Below, one piece after another: positions 57,903 through 64,000 of a stretch of DNA of 64,000 bases (position 1 is its first letter; the number at the start of each line of letters is the position of its first letter). This DNA comes from Candidatus Levyibacteriota bacterium (GTDB lineage: Bacteria; Patescibacteriota; Microgenomatia; Levybacterales; UBA12049). The notes under the pieces are model-generated. The model saw only the letters and a list, made by a program, of their open reading frames with translations. It was not told the DNA's origin and did not search any database. The stretch is taken from NCBI GenBank assembly GCA_016182235.1, contig JACOXT010000003.1:322209-386208 (forward strand). Reading direction: 5' to 3'. The position numbers and the translations under genes are program-made.

Positions 57903-59192
57903 ATGAACATTGCAATTATTGGGGCTGGGTTTACAGGATTATCCGCCGCATATAGTTTGTTAAGTAGCGGACATAAAGTTGTAGTCTTTGAAAAAAACAC
58001 TAAGCCTGGAGGCTTGGCAATGGGATTTAAAGTTAAAGGCTGGGATTGGACGCTTGAACAGCATTATCATCATTGGTTCACGAATGACTCACATATTATT
58101 AATCTTACAAAAGCATTGGGCTATGAGGTGTTGACTTACCGACCAAAAACTTCTGTGTATGTTGATTCAAAAAGTTATCAACTAGATTCTCTTTTGCAAG
58201 TACTAAAATTTCCAAGGCTTTCCTTTTTGGAGCGAGTTAGAATGAGTATTGGTCTGGGCCTTATTAGATATGACCCATTTTGGAGACCTCTTGAAGAATA
58301 TAGTATCGAGGAAATTTTGCCAAAATTAATCGGACAGAAATCATATAGCCTCCTTTGGAGGCCGCTTCTTGAAGCAAAATTTGGAAAATATGCAAAAGAT
58401 ATTTCTCTTGCTTGGTTTTGGGCAAGAGTCTCTAAAAGAACAAGCAGTCTTAGCTATCCATATGGAGGATTTTTGGCATTTGCGGAGTTTTTTTCAAAAA
58501 AAATAATAGAGTTAGGAGGAAAATTGTATTTTGGATGTGAAGTGTCAAATCTTTCTTCAAAAAAGGAAACAATATTGACCGTGGTTAATAAAAAGGGAAA
58601 GAATTATAAAGAAAAATTTGACGCGGTTATTGTCACTCTTCCTTCGATTTTTTTCATAAAAATGGCACCACAACTTCCTGATTCCTATAAAAACTCTCTT
58701 CTTATGCTCAAGGGTATAGGGGCAATTAATTTAATTCTTCGATTGAAGAAACAATTTCTTAGAGATAATATATATTGGTTGAGTATTTGCCAGAAGGCCC
58801 CAGTATTAGCTATTATTGAGCATACAAATTATATGGACAAAAAGTATTATAATAACGAACATCTTGTATATCTTGGGAATTATCTCTCTAGAGAGCATAA
58901 ATACTTTAATTACACTGCCTCTCAACTCCTAAAAGAATATGATCCATTTTTGCAAAAATTAAACTCGTCTTATAAGAAAATAGTTATCGATTTGCATCTT
59001 TTTAAGGCCACTTTCGCTCAGCCTGTTTATTATCGTAATTACTCTAAATATGTTCCCGCGATTACTACTCCATTGAAACATGTATATCTTGGGAATATTC
59101 AGCAAGTTTATCCTTGGGATAGAGGGACGACATATGCAGTAGAGCTTGGTGAAAAAGTCGCAAATGAATTGAAAAAAATAGAAATGGTATGA
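57903..59192 (+). CDS. FAD/NAD(P)-binding oxidoreductase (amine oxidase / PPOX-like fold)
   Basis: N-terminal dinucleotide-binding motif NIAIIGAGFTGLSAAYSL ... VVVFEKNTKPGGLA. 429 aa. Confidence 0.7.
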   Translation: MNIAIIGAGFTGLSAAYSLLSSGHKVVVFEKNTKPGGLAMGFKVKGWDWTLEQHYHHWFTNDSHIINLTKALGYEVLTYRPKTSVYVDSKSYQLDSLLQVLKFPRLSFLERVRMSIGLGLIRYDPFWRPLEEYSIEEILPKLIGQKSYSLLWRPLLEAKFGKYAKDISLAWFWARVSKRTSSLSYPYGGFLAFAEFFSKKIIELGGKLYFGCEVSNLSSKKETILTVVNKKGKNYKEKFDAVIVTLPSIFFIKMAPQLPDSYKNSLLMLKGIGAINLILRLKKQFLRDNIYWLSICQKAPVLAIIEHTNYMDKKYYNNEHLVYLGNYLSREHKYFNYTASQLLKEYDPFLQKLNSSYKKIVIDLHLFKATFAQPVYYRNYSKYVPAITTPLKHVYLGNIQQVYPWDRGTTYAVELGEKVANELKKIEMV

Positions 59193-59193
59193 T
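59185..59193 (+). promoter_or_regulatory. Extended -10 element TGgTATGAT, 11 nt upstream of the ATG at 59205
   Basis: TG at 59185-59186 and TATGAT at 59188-59193. It lies in the last codons of the upstream gene. Confidence 0.3.
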
Positions 59194-59204
59194 TTATTTA
59201 AATC

Positions 59205-61232
59205 ATGAATTGGAAAAAGGAAATTTTAATTTCGTTTTTAGTTCCGATTATCTATCTAATTTCTGCTTTTATTACAATTGGAAATTATGGAATAAGTTTC
59301 GATGAGCCTGCTCATTTTCGAAGAGGACAAGCATATCTTCATTATTTTTTAACAGGAAAAAAAGACTATTCTAATTTACCTCAAGATTACAGGATGAGCT
59401 TTTATCAAGATACTAACGAAGATGGAAGATTCTATGTAGATGCAAAAGAGCTGCAGAGTCATCCGCCAGTCAATGATACTCTTGCTGCGCTTGGAAATTA
59501 TGTATTGTTTCAAAAACTAGGAATAGTTGACGACGTAGGCTCACATCATGTATTCGGCATAATATGTGTGTCAGTGCTTATTCTAAGCGTATATTTATTT
59601 ACAAGACTAAATTATGGAATTTTTGCAGGATTTATTGCGGCTTTGTCAATATTTCTTTATCCGCTCTTTTTAGGAGAATCGCATTTCAACTTAAAAGACC
59701 CTCCACAAGCGACCTTCTTTGCATTAACAATTATATTTTTTTGGTTTGGGATTGTAAAAAAGAGTGCAAAGTCAATTTTAGCTTCGGCACTTTTTTGCGC
59801 TCTCGCTCTTGGTACAAAATTTAATGTGGTTTTTCTGCCTCTAATTCTTGGACCATGGCTTTTATCTATGGGAAAAAAGATTCTAAAATTTCCAGCTCGA
59901 ATTTATTGGGCATTAGGTTTTTTCCCTTTAATTGTTTTGTCTGTCTTTTTTCTAACGAATCCGAATCTGTGGGATGATACCTGGAATAGAATTGTCACTA
60001 TGGTTAGATTTTACTTAAGCGTTGGTACAAATGCAGGCGGTTCTCCTAACAATCAACCAGAGTTCTTGAAATTTGGATTTAATACATATCCTATCCTTGC
60101 AATTCTTTACAGCGTTCCGCTTGTTACTTTATTCTTTACCGTGCTTGGTATATTTTTTGTATTAAAAAATATAAAAAGAGATAAAACAGAGCTACTGGTT
60201 TTTCTATGGTTTTTAGTGCCAATTATTCGTGTTACGCTTCCAGGTTTTACTATCTATGGAGGAATTAGACATATTTTTGAATTTGTACCTGCGATGGGTA
60301 TTCTCGCCGGGATTGGAGGAAGTTTTTTTGCAAGATTGGTCTTTGATTTTGTAAATACAAATTTCAAAAAGATTGATAGAAAAATAGTTTCTTCTTCGAT
60401 TAAATTAGTTATTATTTTACTATTTGTACCGATAACCATAAAGCTTATTTCCATTCACCCAAATGAGAACGTATACTTTAATCCTCTCATAGGAGGATTA
60501 AGGGGTGCAGTTGAGAAAGACTTTCCATCTAGCGGCGCGAGCTTAGGGAATACTTATCAGCAGGGAGTTGTGTGGGTAAATAAATATGCGGAAAAGAATG
60601 CTTGTCTTGCAACACCGATCGGAATAATGGGAAATATTGCAAAGCCAAAGTTAAGGAATGATCTACGATATCACAACACATGTCAATCTGGTGTTGAGAG
60701 GAAAGGAGAGTATGCGATGGATATGGTATACAAAGATTATTTCAATGATATATATGCGTACAAATATTATCCTACATATTTATTCCCGGTATATGAGGTA
60801 AAAGTTGATGGAGTCGTAATATTTCAAATATTTAAAAATGACAAAAATTATTCGAAAGAATCCCTAATAAGAGAAGAGGAAATAGAGATAGAAAAAATTA
60901 TTGAAGAGAATGGAATAATAACTATTACTCTTCCAAAAAAGATAATACTTGCTGCAGTAGTTTTTGACTATACTCTAGAGAAAACATGTAACCCCATCTC
61001 TAGCGGTATTGTATTAACGTCTGTAGATGGAAAGACGTGGAGTAGGGAACACGACGATATAACTGTAGCCCACGGAAGAAGAAATTTTGTGCCTTCCGAT
61101 CAGAAAATAGAGCGCAGATTCACAGCAGTCTTGGCAAGATATATCTCTTTTCAAACAGATCTAAAAAAAGATTGTTTAGCTTCTTTTAAAAATACAAGAG
61201 TACTTTACCACCCAGATACTTATCCTTATTGA
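59205..61232 (+). CDS. Divergent ArnT/PMT_2-like GT-C glycosyltransferase with a C-terminal discoidin (F5/8 type C)-like domain
   Basis: N-terminal FDEPAHFRRGQAY ... HPPVNDTLAALGNYV and many TM segments. C-terminal ITITLPKKIILAAVVFDY ... IVLTSVDGKTWS ... FTAVLARYISFQ matches the discoidin pattern (..DLG....i..v ... S.DG..W ... ARYvRl). Confidence 0.65.
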   Translation: MNWKKEILISFLVPIIYLISAFITIGNYGISFDEPAHFRRGQAYLHYFLTGKKDYSNLPQDYRMSFYQDTNEDGRFYVDAKELQSHPPVNDTLAALGNYVLFQKLGIVDDVGSHHVFGIICVSVLILSVYLFTRLNYGIFAGFIAALSIFLYPLFLGESHFNLKDPPQATFFALTIIFFWFGIVKKSAKSILASALFCALALGTKFNVVFLPLILGPWLLSMGKKILKFPARIYWALGFFPLIVLSVFFLTNPNLWDDTWNRIVTMVRFYLSVGTNAGGSPNNQPEFLKFGFNTYPILAILYSVPLVTLFFTVLGIFFVLKNIKRDKTELLVFLWFLVPIIRVTLPGFTIYGGIRHIFEFVPAMGILAGIGGSFFARLVFDFVNTNFKKIDRKIVSSSIKLVIILLFVPITIKLISIHPNENVYFNPLIGGLRGAVEKDFPSSGASLGNTYQQGVVWVNKYAEKNACLATPIGIMGNIAKPKLRNDLRYHNTCQSGVERKGEYAMDMVYKDYFNDIYAYKYYPTYLFPVYEVKVDGVVIFQIFKNDKNYSKESLIREEEIEIEKIIEENGIITITLPKKIILAAVVFDYTLEKTCNPISSGIVLTSVDGKTWSREHDDITVAHGRRNFVPSDQKIERRFTAVLARYISFQTDLKKDCLASFKNTRVLYHPDTYPY

Positions 61233-61257
61233 GTTTTTGAAGACATATCATTATAAT
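61229..61257 (+). promoter_or_regulatory. Sigma70-like promoter TTGAGT-17 bp-TATAAT
   Basis: TTGAGT at 61229-61234 and TATAAT at 61252-61257. The ATG at 61271 is 13 nt after the -10. No SD. Confidence 0.4.
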
Positions 61258-61270
61258 TACGTGATACACA

Positions 61271-61996
61271 ATGTTAAAAGGTGGATTGTCGGTATTCTTG
61301 CCTACGTACAATGAAGAAGAAAATATCCAAAAGGCCGTAGAATCAATTTATAACTACATTGAAAAAAATATCCTCGATTTTGAACTTATTGTTGTTAATG
61401 ACGGATCAAAAGATAAAACCAAAGATATAGTTGAAAAACTCAAAAAAAAATATAAAAATTTGAGACTTATCAACCACACCAAAAATATGGGATATGGAAG
61501 AGCCTTAAGGTCCGGATTTGAGAATTCGAGAAAGAAGCATATATTTTATACTGATGCAGACAATCAATTTGATATAAGTGAAATAAAAAAACTTATTCCT
61601 CTTCTTAAGGAGTATGACATTGTAAGTGGATACAGAATTAAACGAAGAGATCCTCTTATGAGAATAATTATTGCCGACACTTACAATTTGTTGATAAGAA
61701 TACTTTTTAATCTTAAGATTCGAGATGTTGATGCATCGTTTAAAATTTATAAAAGAAGAATTTTCGATAATATTTCTTTGAAATCTAATACTGGGCTAAT
61801 TGATGCAGAAGTATTGATAAAATCCCTGAAAAATGGTTACTCGATTGGGCAAATAGGAGTTTCGCATTTCCCAAGGAGATTTGGACGAACTACGTACGAA
61901 GTCGGAACAAGGAATAAAATATTTGCGTTTGTTCGTCCTGAAGTTATTATTGATATTTTGAAAGAAATAAAAATACTTTGGAAGGAACTTAGATGA
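61271..61996 (+). CDS. GT2 glycosyltransferase, polyprenyl-phosphate sugar synthase type (ArnC/DPM1-like)
   Basis: LSVFLPTYNEEENI ... VVNDGSKDKT ... GYGRALRSG ... YTDADNQFD. 241 aa. Confidence 0.85.
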   Translation: MLKGGLSVFLPTYNEEENIQKAVESIYNYIEKNILDFELIVVNDGSKDKTKDIVEKLKKKYKNLRLINHTKNMGYGRALRSGFENSRKKHIFYTDADNQFDISEIKKLIPLLKEYDIVSGYRIKRRDPLMRIIIADTYNLLIRILFNLKIRDVDASFKIYKRRIFDNISLKSNTGLIDAEVLIKSLKNGYSIGQIGVSHFPRRFGRTTYEVGTRNKIFAFVRPEVIIDILKEIKILWKELR

Positions 61997-62928
61997 AAAA
62001 AACAGTTCTTGTTACAGGAGGAGCAGGTTTTATTGGCTCATGGGTAACTGAAGAACTTTGCAATTTAGGGCGCAGTGTGCGTGTAATTGACAATCTGTCA
62101 TTTGGATTTAGAAAATTTGTTGATAAAAGAGCAGAATTCATTAATGGGTCAATTGGAGACAGAAAACTTATTGAGGATGTTTTGGATGGAGTTGATACAG
62201 TTATGCATCTGGCCGCATCAAGTATCATAAAATTTTCTTTTAATAAGCCAGAGGAATACTTTGAGAATAACATCACAAATGCTTTAGTTCTATTGGAAGC
62301 GATGAGAAAAAAAGGAGTTAATAAAATCGTCAATTCTTCTTCAGCAGCTATCTATGGAGAACCAGTAAGTATTCCAATTGAAGAGGCTGATCCTAAAGAA
62401 CCAATCACTCCTTATGGCGCTTCAAAGTTATCCTTCGAAAATATTCTTTCTTCCTACTATCATTCTTTTGGAATAGAAAGCGTGTCCCTTCGATACTTTA
62501 ACGCATATGGGCCTCGTGACGAACAGCAGCCAACAACAAGAGCGGTTCCAATTTGGATAAGGCAAATACTTAAAGGAAAACCAGTTTCGCTTTATTGGAA
62601 GGGAAAACAAGTTAGGGACTACGTTTTTGTAAAAGACATTGCACGGGCACACACAGCTGTTTTGCCTCTTAGGGGGTTTAGGGTTTACAATATAGGTTCT
62701 GGAGACGGAGTTCTAATGACAGATATACTACAATCTCTTTCAAAAATATCTGAAAAAAAAATTGTTATACAAGATATGGGGGAGAGAAAAGGAGATCCCA
62801 AGAAACTTGTTGCGGATATTTCCAGAATAAGGCGGGATGTTGGGTGGATTGCGAAAACAGACTTAGTTTCAGGACTAAGAGAAACTTATGAATATTATGA
62901 GTCAGTTTATAAGTCAAATCTACGTTAG
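61993..62928 (+). CDS. NAD-dependent epimerase/dehydratase (extended SDR; UDP-sugar 4-epimerase or decarboxylase-like)
   Basis: VLVTGGAGFIGSWV ... SSSAAIYG ... YGASK ... LRYFNAYGPRD. ATGA overlap with the upstream GT2. Confidence 0.85.
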   Translation: MKKTVLVTGGAGFIGSWVTEELCNLGRSVRVIDNLSFGFRKFVDKRAEFINGSIGDRKLIEDVLDGVDTVMHLAASSIIKFSFNKPEEYFENNITNALVLLEAMRKKGVNKIVNSSSAAIYGEPVSIPIEEADPKEPITPYGASKLSFENILSSYYHSFGIESVSLRYFNAYGPRDEQQPTTRAVPIWIRQILKGKPVSLYWKGKQVRDYVFVKDIARAHTAVLPLRGFRVYNIGSGDGVLMTDILQSLSKISEKKIVIQDMGERKGDPKKLVADISRIRRDVGWIAKTDLVSGLRETYEYYESVYKSNLR

Positions 62929-63496
62929 AATTAATGGAAGAGGTAAGATAGTTGCATTTATTGATAGAGATGGAACGATAGTTAAGGAGGTAAATTATCT
63001 TAGCAAAAAGGAACAAATTCAGATCCTCCCAAAGGTTGTTGAGGGGATCCAGCTACTAAATAAACATGGTGCTATTATTATAGTAATAACAAATCAACCA
63101 GTTGTTGCCAGAGGGTTTGCAGAAGTTGGAGATGTTAAGGATATTAATAACTTATTAGTAGAATTATTGCGAGAGAAGGGGGCAATCGTTAATGCCGTAT
63201 ACTTTTGTCCTCATCATCCATATGCCGATATTTTAAAATACAAGATGAGTTGTCTTTGTAGAAAACCAGAAATTGCAATGTTTGAAAGGAGCGCAGACGA
63301 TTTTCACATTGATTTGAAAAATGCTTATATCATTGGTGACACAACTCGCGATTTTCTTGCAGGGGAAAAATTGAAAATTCCAAGTATTTGCGTACAGACT
63401 GGATATAGAGGTAAAGACAATACATATCCAGTTGCCCCAGTGCACAAAGCTAAAACTTTCTTAGACGCAGTAAATATTATAATAAGTAAATTATGA
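62888..63496 (+). CDS. gmhB: HAD-IIIA phosphatase, D-glycero-D-manno-heptose-1,7-bisphosphate phosphatase-like
   Basis: AFIDRDGTI ... VITNQPVVARG ... FCPHHP ... CLCRKPEIAMF ... IGDTTRDFLAG (HAD motifs I-III plus the C-x-H ... C-x-C zinc motif typical of GmhB). The start is uncertain (62888 or 62897). Confidence 0.7.
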   Translation: MNIMSQFISQIYVRINGRGKIVAFIDRDGTIVKEVNYLSKKEQIQILPKVVEGIQLLNKHGAIIIVITNQPVVARGFAEVGDVKDINNLLVELLREKGAIVNAVYFCPHHPYADILKYKMSCLCRKPEIAMFERSADDFHIDLKNAYIIGDTTRDFLAGEKLKIPSICVQTGYRGKDNTYPVAPVHKAKTFLDAVNIIISKL

Positions 63497-64000
63497 AAGC
63501 TGTTATTTTATGTGCGGGAAGAGGAGAAAGATTAAGACCTCTTACGAATAATATTCCTAAAGTGATGATCCCAATTGGCGGAAAACCATTGCTCGAGCGG
63601 CATATTGAGCATTTCTCTAAATTTGGTATAAAAAATTTTTTTATCAATTTACATTATTTACCCAATATCATAAAAAATCATTTCAGAGATGGAGGTAGAT
63701 TGGGAGTAAAAATAACCTATTCTTACGAAAATTCATTATTGGGAACAGGAGGAGTTCTGACTAAATTTAAAGAAAAATTAAATGAGCGATTTATACTGCT
63801 CTATGGTGACGTTTTTTCTTTATTAAATATTTACAAACTGGAGAGATTTCATATTGGAAAAAAATCTAAACTTACCATTGTTGTTAGAGAGACAGATCAT
63901 CCTCGAGATAGCGACCTTGTTGAGAGTGACGTAAATAAAAAAGTTAAAAACTTGTTTTTTAAACCACATGCTATGATTCCCAGGAAGTTTTTTGGAATCT
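63493..64000 (+). CDS. Sugar-1-phosphate nucleotidyltransferase (HddC/GlmU N-terminal-like), 3' end beyond the window
   Basis: Not in the ORF track because no stop is reached. My translation is MKAVILCAGRGERLRPLTNNIPKVMIPIGGKPLLERHIEHF ... LLGTGGVL ... LLYGDVF (G-x-G-x-R-L-x-P-L-T-x-x-x-P-K signature). ATGA overlap with the gmhB-like gene. Confidence 0.8.
   Translation, partial: MKAVILCAGRGERLRPLTNNIPKVMIPIGGKPLLERHIEHFSKFGIKNFFINLHYLPNIIKNHFRDGGRLGVKITYSYENSLLGTGGVLTKFKEKLNERFILLYGDVFSLLNIYKLERFHIGKKSKLTIVVRETDHPRDSDLVESDVNKKVKNLFFKPHAMIPRKFFGI

Noticed and set aside
1-64000. Alternative genetic code (UGA recoded, as in Gracilibacteria/Absconditabacteria).
   Set aside because: TGA terminates many of the well-supported ORFs exactly at ATGA/GTGA coupled junctions (e.g. 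3584, 9657, 11841, 15722, 43742, 46758, 61996, 63496), and homologous proteins end there. The standard code 11 fits.
1-64000. CRISPR arrays, tRNA/rRNA genes, transposases, integrases, prophage or defence-system genes.
   Set aside because: No repeat-spacer periodicity, no cloverleaf-like GC-rich ~75-nt segments in the ~1 kb of intergenic DNA, and no ORF with recombinase, nuclease or ATPase motifs. All sizeable ORFs are accounted for by glycosylation-related or membrane proteins.

Overview
This window is AT-rich and extremely gene-dense. By my coordinates it holds 53 CDS, 49 of them on the + strand, with only about 1 kb of intergenic DNA. Many junctions have 1-29 nt start/stop overlaps (ATGA, GTGA, TAATG). 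It reads as one giant cell-envelope glycosylation locus. I recognised no rRNA, tRNA, CRISPR array, transposase/integrase or phage genes. About 38 kb (roughly 60%) encodes 24 large polytopic membrane proteins in six sequence families. Family A is ArnT/PMT-type GT-C glycosyltransferases (8, including two divergent members). Family B has the signature THDGxxHxxR ... DLYVRG ... FQFPWR and resembles proteins often auto-annotated as PTPS-related membrane proteins (4). Family C is YfhO-type (3). Family D is apparently uncharacterised, with an N-terminal FGFDQxRD ... LIGP ... GPxWYY signature (7, four of them in tandem). There is also one DUF2079-like and one GT87/DUF2029-like protein. Interleaved are 9 GT2 enzymes (several of the polyprenyl-phosphate-sugar synthase type), 4 GT4 enzymes and 2 Wzx/MOP flippases. 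Nucleotide-sugar genes are also present: GalE, a second SDR epimerase/dehydratase, RmlC-like and FdtA-like cupins, a DegT aminotransferase, a methyltransferase, an FAD oxidoreductase, a GmhB-like phosphatase and a sugar-1-P nucleotidyltransferase. A GC-richer ~1.5 kb insert carries a choline/ethanolamine-kinase-like gene and lies next to an RDD-domain::pilin-like fusion protein. Composition, the standard code (TGA = stop), frequent lack of Shine-Dalgarno sequences and the gene families suggest a Patescibacteria (CPR)-type bacterium, but this is inference only. The candidate novel system is the massively paralogous, probably lipid-carrier-dependent (GT2 + flippase + GT-C) surface glycosylation machinery, and family D in particular.
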